A stretch of 64,000 nucleotides of DNA from an uncultured Bacilli bacterium (GTDB lineage: Bacteria; Bacillota_I; Bacilli_A; RF39; UBA660), in NCBI GenBank assembly GCA_934102355.1, contig CAKOSO010000001.1, forward strand, positions 7,695 through 71,694. Reading direction: 5' to 3'. Under the pieces are notes generated by a model, which was not told the origin of the DNA, did not search any database, and saw only the letters and a program-made list of their open reading frames with translations. Within the stretch, counting starts at the first letter, position 1, and every line of letters begins with the position of its first letter. Positions 36,232-45,901 of the stretch are shown here, one piece after another. A program made the translations under genes and the position numbers.

Positions 36232-38379
36232 ATGAATGAGAATATAGTAAACGATATAGCAAACAACCTAAATATTAAAAAAACTCAAGTAATTAACACT
36301 TTATCTTTACTTGAAGATGGAAATACAATTCCATTTATTTCAAGATATAGAAAAGAAGCAACTGGTGGATTAAATGAGGTTCAAATAAAAGAAATTTTTG
36401 ATGTATATAACTATCAAGTTAACTTACTTAAAAGAAAAGAAGATGTAATAAGACTAATTGATGAAAAAGGTTTATTAACTGATGAATTAAAATCAAAAAT
36501 TTTATCATGTGAAAAATTAATTGATGTTGAAGACTTATATAGGCCATATAAAGAAAAGAAAAAAACTAAAGCAAGTGATGCTATTGCTAAAGGATTAGAA
36601 GGACTTGCTAAGATTATTATGTCTTTTCCTCTTAACAAAACTCCTTTAGAACTTGCTAAGTCCTTCAAATGTGATAAAGAAACTGATGACAATAAAAAAC
36701 TAGAGGGGGCTTCATATATTATTGCTGAATATATTTCCGATAATGCAAGTTTTAGAAAATATATAAGAAATTACATCCTTAAAAATGGTACAATTATATC
36801 TAAAGTTAAGAAAAATTGTAATGATGATAATAAAACATATGAAATGTATTATGATTACAGTGAAAAAGTAAGCAGTATAAAACCTCATCGTATTTTAGCC
36901 TTAAATAGAGGAGAAAAAGAAGGAATTTTAAATGTATCAATTGATATAGACGATGATTATATTTTGAATTATTTATCTAAAAAAGTTATTAAAAATGAAT
37001 CATCTTTAGTTAAAGATTTTGTTTTATCCGCAATAAATGATAGTTATAAAAGACTTATTTTCCCATCAATTGAAAGAGAAATTAGATCAATTCTTAGTTT
37101 AGATGGTGAAGATGCTGCTGTAAAGAATTTTTCTTTAAATGTTGGTAATCTTCTTATGACACCTCCTTTAAAAGATGTTGTTGTTTTAGGATTCGATCCA
37201 GCTTTTCGTACTGGTTGTAAACTAGCTGTTTTAGATAAACAAGGTAACGTCTTACATATAGATAAAATATATCCGCATGAACCTGTTAATGATAAAATAA
37301 ATAGTAAAAATAAGGTGTTATCACTTATTGATAAATATAATATAGATGTAATAGCAATAGGAAATGGTACTGCATCACGTGAAAGTGAGCTATTTATATC
37401 AGATGTATTAAAAGAATGTAATAAACCTTGTAAATATATAATCGTAAGTGAAGCTGGTGCATCTATTTACTCAGCATCAAAATTAGCCATCGATGAATTT
37501 CCAAATCTTGATGTATCTGAAAGAAGTGCAATATCCATTGGAAGAAGATTACAAGATCCTTTATCAGAACTTGTAAAAATTGATCCAAAAGGTATTGGAG
37601 TTGGTCTTTATCAACATGATGTTCCTTCTAAAAAATTAGATGAATCATTAAGTTTTGAAATATCTAATATAGTAAACAATATTGGAGTTTCAATAAATAC
37701 AGCATCTTCTGCAATATTATCATATATATCAGGTCTTACAAAAAGTAGTATTGAAAAAATGCTAAGTAAAAGAAAAGAAATCGGAAAATTTTCATCAAGA
37801 GATGAACTAAGAAAAATAAAAGGCATATCAGATAAAGTATATGAACAATCAATTGGGTTTATAAGAATTATTGATGGAACAAATCCACTTGATAAGACAA
37901 ATATCCACCCAGAAAGCTATGAAAAAACCTATAGATTACTTAATAAACTTAATTTAAGTGTTAATGATTTAGGAAAAGAAAACTTAAAAAATGCCCTAGA
38001 AAAAATCAATATAGATAGTCTATCTAACGAACTTGATATAGATAAATTTACTCTTGAAGATATAATTAGCTCTTTAAAAAAACCAGTTATAGACCCAAGA
38101 GATTCAATTGAAAAGCCAATACTTAGAAGTGATATCTTAACAATTGATGATTTAAGTGTTGGTATGAAATTACAAGGAACAGTAAGAAATGTTGTTGATT
38201 TTGGAGCATTTGTAGATATCGGGCTTCATGATGATGGTTTAATTCATATATCTAAAATGAGTGATGGTTTTATAAAACACCCACTTGATATATTAAGTGT
38301 TGGAGATATTATTGATTGCTATGTTATTGATATAGATAAAAATAAAAATAGAGTTTCTTTATCATTAAAAGAACTATAG
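36232..38379 (+). CDS. tex: Transcription accessory protein Tex (YqgF/HhH/S1 domains)
   Basis: N-terminal TIPFISRYRKEATGGL and a C-terminal S1 domain. ~715 aa. The RBS GGTGA precedes the ATG at 36232. Confidence 0.85.
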   Translation: MNENIVNDIANNLNIKKTQVINTLSLLEDGNTIPFISRYRKEATGGLNEVQIKEIFDVYNYQVNLLKRKEDVIRLIDEKGLLTDELKSKILSCEKLIDVEDLYRPYKEKKKTKASDAIAKGLEGLAKIIMSFPLNKTPLELAKSFKCDKETDDNKKLEGASYIIAEYISDNASFRKYIRNYILKNGTIISKVKKNCNDDNKTYEMYYDYSEKVSSIKPHRILALNRGEKEGILNVSIDIDDDYILNYLSKKVIKNESSLVKDFVLSAINDSYKRLIFPSIEREIRSILSLDGEDAAVKNFSLNVGNLLMTPPLKDVVVLGFDPAFRTGCKLAVLDKQGNVLHIDKIYPHEPVNDKINSKNKVLSLIDKYNIDVIAIGNGTASRESELFISDVLKECNKPCKYIIVSEAGASIYSASKLAIDEFPNLDVSERSAISIGRRLQDPLSELVKIDPKGIGVGLYQHDVPSKKLDESLSFEISNIVNNIGVSINTASSAILSYISGLTKSSIEKMLSKRKEIGKFSSRDELRKIKGISDKVYEQSIGFIRIIDGTNPLDKTNIHPESYEKTYRLLNKLNLSVNDLGKENLKNALEKINIDSLSNELDIDKFTLEDIISSLKKPVIDPRDSIEKPILRSDILTIDDLSVGMKLQGTVRNVVDFGAFVDIGLHDDGLIHISKMSDGFIKHPLDILSVGDIIDCYVIDIDKNKNRVSLSLKEL

Positions 38380-38387
38380 GAGGTTTT

Positions 38388-40571
38388 ATGGACTTTATAA
38401 AAGGTGTTTTTAAAAAATATATTTTTAAATCTGATAAAGGTTATGTAATTGGTCTATTTAAAGTCCTAGATTGTTCAGATAATGTTATTTCTTATAAAGA
38501 TCGCATTATTACTTTTACTGGATACTTTCATGAACTAAATGAAAATGATACATATATTTTTAATGGTAATTTAGTTTACCATGAAAGATATGGAGAACAG
38601 TTTAATGTAGTATCTTATTCAATTGTATTACCAGAAGCAAAAGATAACATTGTTGAATTCTTATCAAGTGATTTGTTTTCTGGTATAGGAAAGAAAAAAG
38701 CAGAAAAAATAGTCAGAGTTTTAGGAGATAATGCTTTAGATGTTATCATTAATACACCAGATAATTTACTTTTAGTTCCAGGTATTACAACAAGACAAAA
38801 AGATATAATATATAATGGATTAAAAAAATATCAAAGTAGTTTTGATATAATTATTAATTTAACAAAATTAGGTTTTAGTACTAAAGACGCACTTTTAATA
38901 TATAACTTTTATAAAGAAAAAACACTTGATATTATAAATTCTAATCCTTATAAAGTTACATATGATTTAGATTTCATTAATTTTACTAAAATAGAAAAAA
39001 TAAAAAGAAATTTAGGAATAGAAGAAAATAATATTGAAAGAATTAAAGCTTCAATTAGATATGTTATAGATTCTTATCAGTTTGAAAGTGGTAATACATC
39101 TTTTACTCATGATGAAATAATATTTTTAGTTAAAAAGAAAATATTTTTCTATGATGAATCTGTTATAGATGAAGCTATTTCATCGCTTCTAGATATGGAA
39201 GTATTAGTTTCATGTGATAACTATTATTATCTTTTTGACACATTTATAGCTGAAAAATATATAGCATCAAGACTTTATAACTTAGCAAGTGAGACTTGTG
39301 ATCTAAAAAAAGAAATAAATTTTAAAAGTTTAGAAGAATATTTTAATATTAAATATGATGATATTCAGATAAAAGCAATTACAAGTGCTTTAAAAGATAA
39401 TGTACTTGTTATAACTGGAGGGCCTGGAACAGGTAAAACAACAATCATTAAAGGTATTTGTAAATGTTATCAAGATTATTATAATTTAACTGATAAAGAC
39501 CTAATAAAAAAAGTTGCATTACTTGCCCCAACAGGAAGAGCTTCTAAAAGAATTTCTGAACAAACAAATCTTCCAGCTTATACTATCCATAGATTTTTAA
39601 AATGGAACAAAGAAGATAATTCATTTAGAATAAACGAAGATAATCCAAGTGATGTTGAAATGGTTATAGTAGATGAAGCAAGTATGATTGATACTATGCT
39701 TTTCTATAATTTATTATGTGGTATTAACCCATGGTGTAAAGTTATAATAATTGGTGATTATAATCAGTTACCTTCTATTGGATCAGGACAAGTTTTAAAA
39801 GACATTATTGAAAGCGATATAATTGACGTAATTGAACTTAAAAATCTTTACAGGCAATGTGAAAACTCTAATATCAATATCTTTGCACATAATATTATAA
39901 ATAATGTATACGACGAATTTCTTTTTAATGTAGATGATGATTTAACATTTATACCTTGTAGTGCCAAAGAAGTAAAAGAAAAATTAAAAGAGTTCATAAT
40001 TACATATAAAGACTTAGATTATAATAAACTTCAAGTTATGGCTCCCATATATAAGGGAGAAAATGGTATTGATGATTTAAATACATTTATCCAAGGCATT
40101 TTAAATGAAAAAAAAGCTACCAAAAATGAAATAAGTATAAATGGTACAACATTTAGAGAAAATGATAAAGTATTACAATTAAATAATATGTTTGATGAAA
40201 ATGTTTTTAATGGTGATATTGGTACTATTAATGAAATAAATAATAATTCTAAAGAAATTAGTATTGACTATTATAATTCTTTAATTAAATTCTCATCTAA
40301 TGATTTTAGTTCATTTACTTTAGGTTATGCAATTAGTATTCATAAATCACAAGGTTCTGAATTTGATATTGTTATTATACCTGTTTTAAATTCATATTAT
40401 GGTATGCTTTATAAAAAGCTTATTTATACTGCTATTACTAGAGCTAGAAAAAGACTAATTCTAATTGGTGAAGAAAGTGCATTAAAAAAAGCTATTTCAA
40501 ATAATAAAGATGATTCTAAAAGAACAAGTCTAAAAAAATTCTTATATTCGTGTATTAAAAACGACTTATAG
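38388..40571 (+). CDS. recD2: RecD2-like ATP-dependent DNA helicase
   Basis: Walker A (VITGGPGTGKTT), DEASM and the C-terminal helicase motifs. ~725 aa. RBS AGGAGG. Confidence 0.8.
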   Translation: MDFIKGVFKKYIFKSDKGYVIGLFKVLDCSDNVISYKDRIITFTGYFHELNENDTYIFNGNLVYHERYGEQFNVVSYSIVLPEAKDNIVEFLSSDLFSGIGKKKAEKIVRVLGDNALDVIINTPDNLLLVPGITTRQKDIIYNGLKKYQSSFDIIINLTKLGFSTKDALLIYNFYKEKTLDIINSNPYKVTYDLDFINFTKIEKIKRNLGIEENNIERIKASIRYVIDSYQFESGNTSFTHDEIIFLVKKKIFFYDESVIDEAISSLLDMEVLVSCDNYYYLFDTFIAEKYIASRLYNLASETCDLKKEINFKSLEEYFNIKYDDIQIKAITSALKDNVLVITGGPGTGKTTIIKGICKCYQDYYNLTDKDLIKKVALLAPTGRASKRISEQTNLPAYTIHRFLKWNKEDNSFRINEDNPSDVEMVIVDEASMIDTMLFYNLLCGINPWCKVIIIGDYNQLPSIGSGQVLKDIIESDIIDVIELKNLYRQCENSNINIFAHNIINNVYDEFLFNVDDDLTFIPCSAKEVKEKLKEFIITYKDLDYNKLQVMAPIYKGENGIDDLNTFIQGILNEKKATKNEISINGTTFRENDKVLQLNNMFDENVFNGDIGTINEINNNSKEISIDYYNSLIKFSSNDFSSFTLGYAISIHKSQGSEFDIVIIPVLNSYYGMLYKKLIYTAITRARKRLILIGEESALKKAISNNKDDSKRTSLKKFLYSCIKNDL

Positions 40572-40597
40572 TTAATACTATAAACGAGGTGAATATA

Positions 40598-40765
40598 ATG
40601 AATAAATTCAAAAAAGCAATGGCATATGTTGTTGGAGCAACTGTTATAGCTGCCTCTTCTGCATATTTTGCTATGCCAAAAGAAGCAAGACAAAATTTAA
40701 AAGATATGATCTGTAATCTTTCTAAGAAAAAGAAGGATAACTGTTCTTGTAATAGTTGCGAATAA
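40598..40765 (+). CDS. Untracked small membrane protein (55 aa) with a Cys-rich C-terminus
   Basis: RBS AACGAGGTGAA, then an ATG. The product is MNKFKKAMAYVVGATVIAASSAYFAMPKEARQNLKDMICNLSKKKKDNCSCNSCE. A terminator follows immediately. Confidence 0.45.
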   Translation: MNKFKKAMAYVVGATVIAASSAYFAMPKEARQNLKDMICNLSKKKKDNCSCNSCE

Positions 40766-40790
40766 CCCTTAAAATTAGGGTTTTTTTTTA
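40765..40790 (+). terminator. Terminator after the small gene
   Basis: Stem aaccct/agggtt with loop taaaat, followed by a T9 run. Confidence 0.6.
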
Positions 40791-40829
40791 GAGTAAACTC
40801 TGATATAATATAAAGCGATGGTGATATTT

Positions 40830-42011
40830 ATGTTTAATAAAAAAAGCAATATTGACTACGAAAACTTAAATGAAGTTATTAAACTTTCTAAAAAAATATT
40901 GAAAGTAGTTTTTACTATACTTATTTTATCCATTATTTTAATAGGACTTGTTATTTTTGATAAATTAAATGTACTATCAATAATTAAAAATATAATCAGT
41001 GTTATAACACCATTCTTTATTGGAATAATAATTGCATGGTTATTTGACCCTTTAGTATCGTTTTTACAAAAAAAGAAAATTAAAAGAGGACTTGGTTCTG
41101 TTATTGTAATTGTCCTTTTTGTAGCTATATTATTCTTACTATTTAAAACTCTTATACCACTTTTAATTAAGCAATTTAACGACTTTTTAAAAAGTGTTCC
41201 TGGCCTAATGGAAGAAATATCAAATTTTGTTAAGCAGATATTTTCTAAGTTTTCAAGATTTGGTCTTAACTTTAGTGATGTTGAATCTTATATCTATAAA
41301 GCTTTTGAAGCATTCACATCTAATCTTACAACAACTCTCCCTAAAAATATAATTAATGTTTCAACATCAATTATATCTGTTGTAATTAAAATTGTTCTTG
41401 GTATAATGGTTGGTTTTTATTTACTTATTGATTTTGATGGTGTTAAACGTGTTTTTGATTTTGTACCAGACAAATATTATGACAGCTTTATTGCTTTAAT
41501 GAGAAAATTAAATACTACTTTTAGAGACTTTGTACAAGGAACTTTATTCATTGCTCTTGTTGTGGCTTTAATCTCAACTTTAGGATATACACTTGTTGGG
41601 CTTCCATCACCATTATTATTTGGTGTATTATGTGGTATCACCAATATGATTCCATACGTTGGACCTTGGATTGGTGGAGCACTATGTGTTATAGTTGGAT
41701 TTAGTGTCAGTCCTTTAGTTGGTATTTTAGCACTTGTTGTTGCTGTTTTAGTCCAACAAATTGACAATATGTTCTTACAACCTCTTATCATGGGAAAAAC
41801 AATGAAACTTCATCCAGTAACAATCATGGTTGGGTTACTTTTATTCGGATACTTATTTGGAGTTATGGGTACTATTTTTGCAACTCCAATTATGGCAGCA
41901 CTTAAAATTATTATTTTACATTTCAATGAAAAATATGGTTTCTTAAGTAGATTAAAAAATGATAAAAATGTGGAAAGGGTTTCAAATGAAAAGAGTAGTA
42001 ATAGCGATTGA
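40830..42011 (+). CDS. AI-2E family transporter (UPF0118/PerM-like)
   Basis: Eight-TM profile and family-typical motifs (TTFRDFVQGTLFIALV, PWIGGAL). The RBS GGTGAT precedes the ATG at 40830. Confidence 0.75.
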   Translation: MFNKKSNIDYENLNEVIKLSKKILKVVFTILILSIILIGLVIFDKLNVLSIIKNIISVITPFFIGIIIAWLFDPLVSFLQKKKIKRGLGSVIVIVLFVAILFLLFKTLIPLLIKQFNDFLKSVPGLMEEISNFVKQIFSKFSRFGLNFSDVESYIYKAFEAFTSNLTTTLPKNIINVSTSIISVVIKIVLGIMVGFYLLIDFDGVKRVFDFVPDKYYDSFIALMRKLNTTFRDFVQGTLFIALVVALISTLGYTLVGLPSPLLFGVLCGITNMIPYVGPWIGGALCVIVGFSVSPLVGILALVVAVLVQQIDNMFLQPLIMGKTMKLHPVTIMVGLLLFGYLFGVMGTIFATPIMAALKIIILHFNEKYGFLSRLKNDKNVERVSNEKSSNSD

Positions 42012-42651
42012 TGGTCCAAGTGGTAGTGGAAAGGGTACAGTATCTAAAATATTAAAAGAAAAACTTAATTTACTTTATATAGATACTGGTGCTATGTACA
42101 GATGTATAGCATTAAAAGCACTAAAAAATAATATGGATTTAAAGGATAACGAATCCTTAATCGATATGGCAAGAAAATGTGATATATCTTTTTCTTCAGA
42201 TAGTGTTTTTCTAGATGGAGAAGATGTAAGCTTAGATATAAGAAATGAAGAAGTATCAACTGCAGCATCAATTGTATCTAGAATAAAAGAAATAAGAGAA
42301 ATAATGGTTCATAAGCAAAGAGAATTTGCAAAAGATAATAACATTATTATGGAAGGAAGAGATATTACAACTGTTGTTTTACCAGATGCCTTATATAAGT
42401 TTTATCTAGATGCTTCATTAGAAGTACGTGCTAAAAGAAGATATGAACAGAATAAGGAAAAAAATATTGATTCTTCATATGAGGAAGTTCTTGAAAATAT
42501 GAGGCAGAGGGATTACAATGATATGCATAGAGATGTTGGAGCTTTAAAAGTAGGTGATGGTGTTACCTATATAGATTCAACTAATATGACTATTTCAGAT
42601 GTAGTTGACAAGATTATAAATATTGTAGGAAGTGGTAGTAATGAATCTTAA
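41986..42651 (+). CDS. cmk: Cytidylate kinase
   Basis: AIDGPSGSGKGTVSKILKEKLNLLYIDTGAMYR. ~220 aa. It overlaps the upstream gene's end. Confidence 0.9.
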   Translation: MKRVVIAIDGPSGSGKGTVSKILKEKLNLLYIDTGAMYRCIALKALKNNMDLKDNESLIDMARKCDISFSSDSVFLDGEDVSLDIRNEEVSTAASIVSRIKEIREIMVHKQREFAKDNNIIMEGRDITTVVLPDALYKFYLDASLEVRAKRRYEQNKEKNIDSSYEEVLENMRQRDYNDMHRDVGALKVGDGVTYIDSTNMTISDVVDKIINIVGSGSNES

Positions 42652-44389
42652 GGATTTATATATTAATTTTTTTGTAAGTAAAGGACATAAACAAATACCT
42701 AGTGCTCCAGTAGTACCAGAAAATGACCCAACTGTTTTATTTAATACAGCTGGTATGCAACCTTTAATACCTTATTTAATGGGTGAAAAACATCCTTATG
42801 GAACTAGACTTTGCGATTACCAAAAATGTATTCGTACTAATGATTTGGATGTTATTGGTGATAGTTACCACCATACTTTCTTTGAAATGCTTGGTAACTG
42901 GAGTTTAGGTGATTATTTCAAAAAAGAATCTATTTCTTGGAGCTTTGAATTTTTAACTAAAGTTTTAAATATTCCTAAAGAACGTCTTGCTGTTACTGTT
43001 TTTAAAGGTAATGACATATTAGAAAAAGATTACGAAGCTATTGAAATATGGAAATCTTTAGGAATTAAAGAAGAAAGAATTTATGAAACTATCTTAGATA
43101 ATTTTTGGATAGCAGGGGAAGTTGGTCCTTGTGGAACTGATACTGAGATATTCTATTTCAGAAGTGATGACGAAATTCCAATAAAATTTGATCCAGAAGA
43201 TGAAAGATGGGTTGAAATTTGGAATAATGTTTTTATGCAATACTATAAAGATAAAGATGGTAAAATTACAAATCTTCCTAAAAAGAATGTAGATACAGGT
43301 ATGGGAGTAGAAAGAGTTACTGCTATTTTAGAAGGTGTAAATGATAATTATATGTCTTCAATCTGGAAAGATGTAATTGAAAAAATTGAAGAAATATCTG
43401 GACTATCATATTCTGATAATGAAAAAAGTATGAGAATTATTGCAGATCACTTAAGAACTGCAGTATTCATATCATGCGATAATGCAGGTATAAAACCATC
43501 AAATACTGATCAAGGATATATTTTAAGAAGATTAATAAGAAGAGCAATAAGGCACGCTAAAAAATTAAATATAGACATAAATAGTGACTTTGATACTGTT
43601 ATTGCTAATTTAATTATTGATAAATATAAGAAGTATTACAGTGAACTTGAAACTAATAGAAATGTTGCAATAGAAGTTTTAAAAAATGAAAAAATAAAAT
43701 TTAACCGTACTTTAGAAAAAGGATTAAGAGAATTTGAAAAAATTACTTCTAACATTAATGACAACGTTTTAAATAAAGATTTAGCATTTAAACTTTATGA
43801 TACTTATGGATTTCCAATTGAACTTACTGTAGAGCTTGCCAATGAGCTTGGAATAAGTGTTGATGTTGATGGCTTCTATGAAAAATTCAAAGCCCATCAA
43901 GAGCTTTCAAGAACTGCATCAAGTGGTAAATTTAAAGGTGGCCTTGCAAGTGGTTCTGATATTGAAATTAAATATCACACTGCTACACATCTTTTAAATG
44001 CAGCTCTAAAAGTTGTAGTATCAAAAGATGTTCATCAAAAAGGATCTAATATCACAGATGAAAGAATGAGATTTGATTTTTCTTGTGATCATAAATTAAC
44101 TGATGAAGAAAAGAAAGAAACTGAGGATTTAGTAAATAAATGGATTAGTGAAGGACTTACTGTAACAAAAGAAGAAATGAGTAAAGAAGACGCTATAAAT
44201 TCTGGAGCAGAATGCATGTTTATTGAAAAATATCCAGATATTGTCACTGTATATAAAATAGGGGATGTATCAAAAGAATTATGCGGTGGACCACACGTTT
44301 CTAATACTAAAGAACTAGGTAAGTTTAAGATTGTAAAAGAAGAAGCATCATCCGCTGGTATAAGAAGAATTAAAGCTATTTTAGAATAA
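42641..44389 (+). CDS. alaS: Alanine--tRNA ligase, compact form (583 aa). It has the catalytic core, the tRNA-recognition region and the editing core, but lacks the beta-barrel subdomain and the entire C-Ala domain.
   Basis: N-terminus LYINFFVSKGHKQIPSAPVVPENDPTVLFNTAGM. Further motifs: HHTFFEMLGNWS, DTGMGVERV, LRRLIRRAIRH, LYDTYGFPIELT. The editing HxxxH is HTATHLL and the zinc Cys motif is CGGPHV. The protein ends at AGIRRIKAILE. Confidence 0.7.
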   Translation: MNLKDLYINFFVSKGHKQIPSAPVVPENDPTVLFNTAGMQPLIPYLMGEKHPYGTRLCDYQKCIRTNDLDVIGDSYHHTFFEMLGNWSLGDYFKKESISWSFEFLTKVLNIPKERLAVTVFKGNDILEKDYEAIEIWKSLGIKEERIYETILDNFWIAGEVGPCGTDTEIFYFRSDDEIPIKFDPEDERWVEIWNNVFMQYYKDKDGKITNLPKKNVDTGMGVERVTAILEGVNDNYMSSIWKDVIEKIEEISGLSYSDNEKSMRIIADHLRTAVFISCDNAGIKPSNTDQGYILRRLIRRAIRHAKKLNIDINSDFDTVIANLIIDKYKKYYSELETNRNVAIEVLKNEKIKFNRTLEKGLREFEKITSNINDNVLNKDLAFKLYDTYGFPIELTVELANELGISVDVDGFYEKFKAHQELSRTASSGKFKGGLASGSDIEIKYHTATHLLNAALKVVVSKDVHQKGSNITDERMRFDFSCDHKLTDEEKKETEDLVNKWISEGLTVTKEEMSKEDAINSGAECMFIEKYPDIVTVYKIGDVSKELCGGPHVSNTKELGKFKIVKEEASSAGIRRIKAILE

Positions 44390-44392
44390 CAA

Positions 44393-44430
44393 AAAAAGCA
44401 TTAGAGATTAATAAATCTAATGCTTTTACT
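44393..44430. terminator. Bidirectional terminator between alaS and the convergent kinase gene
   Basis: Stem gcattaga/tctaatgc followed by a T-rich run. Confidence 0.5.
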
Positions 44431-44431
44431 T

Positions 44432-45559
44432 TTATTTATATTTATCATAAATTCTATGGATAGTACTTTCTAAATAATCTTTTTTCTTTTCTATTTTTCT
44501 TACAAGTTCAATTTGATTTCTTGTTCTTACCAAGTTATGATCAGTATATGTAGTCCTAAAATATGTATCCCCATTTATATAGTCATTATAAAATCTTAAT
44601 GCTAATTCTAGTGTCATTATTTTTATACTATTTGCCATATTATCTACTTCTTTTTCTTTTAACACCTTAGCAACTTCACTTAAGAACCCTTCAGTATATG
44701 CTTCAAACAATTTATTATCTATATCAACATTACTAATATCTTTACTATCTTCAACACGAGTTGCACATGATGATCTTACACCATCTCCATAATCATAAAG
44801 AATAGAACCAGGCATTACAGTATCTAAGTCAATTACTGCTATATAGTCATTACTATTTTTATCTAACATAACATTATTTATTTTCGTATCATTATGAGTA
44901 ACTCTTATTGGTATTTCACCGTTTTTAATTTTATCATAAATTAAACCATATTCTTCTTTTTTACTTTTGAAAAATTCAATTTCTTCTTTCGTATTTTTAG
45001 ACCTTTTGGCAGCATCAATTTCTAAATCTTGTAAAAACTTTTTATATCTAAGTGGTGTATTATGAAAGTTTTCTATTGTCTCTTCAACAAGATCAGTTGG
45101 ATATCCATTTAGTGCTCTTGAAAATGACCCGAAAGCCTTTCCAGCAGTCTTGATAATAGCATCATCATCAGTTTTATCATAAGAAACTGAATTATCAATG
45201 TAATTATATACCCTAAAGAATTCATTATCACCTAAAGCATTTTTTGTAATATATAAAGGTGAACCAGTTGTTGTAGGTATTACCTCTAATGTTTTATGCT
45301 TTGAATCTCCATTATTTTTATAGTAATTGCTAATATATGTAGTTACATTTTGAATGTTTCTCATAAGTGAGAATGGTTTTGTAAACACTTTAGTATTCAC
45401 TCTTTGACACAAGTATTTTTTTTCGTCTTTTCCTTTTTTTAATATAATAACAAAAGTATTATTAATGTTTCCTTTTTCTATTTCTTTTATATTAATTTCA
45501 TCATATGTAAAACCATATTGATCTGCTATATCTTTTGCATCTATTTCAAATGTTTTCAT
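44432..45559 (-). CDS. NahK-like anomeric sugar kinase (N-acetylhexosamine 1-kinase / AmgK family, APH fold)
   Basis: Brenner-type catalytic motif IPIRVTHNDTKINNVMLD and metal-binding VIDLDTVMPGSILYDYGD. My recollection is that it is collinear with bifidobacterial NahK (IVPTTSG, FHxTP, LFxAYTEGF, HNLVRTR). The RBS GGAGG precedes the ATG at 45559. Confidence 0.55.
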   Translation of the reverse strand: MKTFEIDAKDIADQYGFTYDEINIKEIEKGNINNTFVIILKKGKDEKKYLCQRVNTKVFTKPFSLMRNIQNVTTYISNYYKNNGDSKHKTLEVIPTTTGSPLYITKNALGDNEFFRVYNYIDNSVSYDKTDDDAIIKTAGKAFGSFSRALNGYPTDLVEETIENFHNTPLRYKKFLQDLEIDAAKRSKNTKEEIEFFKSKKEEYGLIYDKIKNGEIPIRVTHNDTKINNVMLDKNSNDYIAVIDLDTVMPGSILYDYGDGVRSSCATRVEDSKDISNVDIDNKLFEAYTEGFLSEVAKVLKEKEVDNMANSIKIMTLELALRFYNDYINGDTYFRTTYTDHNLVRTRNQIELVRKIEKKKDYLESTIHRIYDKYK

Positions 45560-45619
45560 AAATATACCTCCATACATTAATACCACTTTAACATTTAGCA
45601 ATCATTTTAGCAAATTATT

Positions 45620-45648
45620 TGACTTCATTTTACAGTTTTTTTATATTG
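45620..45648 (+). promoter_or_regulatory. Putative sigmaA promoter for the aspS leader (TTGACT-N17-TATATT)
   Basis: TTGACT at 45620. An AT-rich -10 lies ~17 nt downstream. Confidence 0.35.
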
Positions 45649-45689
45649 TTTCTTGCTTTTTACGCATTTTGGATGTATAGTATTATTAA

Positions 45690-45895
45690 TGTTTGTTAGA
45701 GGAGTACTTAATTACTTCTAAAAGAGAGATAACTAATTGGTGTGATGTTATTTAGTAAGTTTTTTAGGAAGACACTAACTATAAGACAATCGTTTTATTT
45801 GCGTTAAAAATAAGAGTGCATGATTAATCATGAATTAAGGTGGTACCGCGAATGTTTCGTCCTTAGGTTTATGATTTTTTTTGTTTTAAGGAGGA
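45690..45895 (+). promoter_or_regulatory. T-box leader (tRNA-sensing riboswitch) upstream of aspS. The likely specifier is GAC (Asp).
   Basis: A conserved T-box sequence AATTAAGGTGGTACCGCG lies at 45833-45850. It is followed by a short hairpin and a T9 run at 45874-45882, then the aspS RBS. A GAC codon in an A-rich loop context lies near 45771. Confidence 0.65.
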
Positions 45896-45901
45896 ATTTT
45901 T

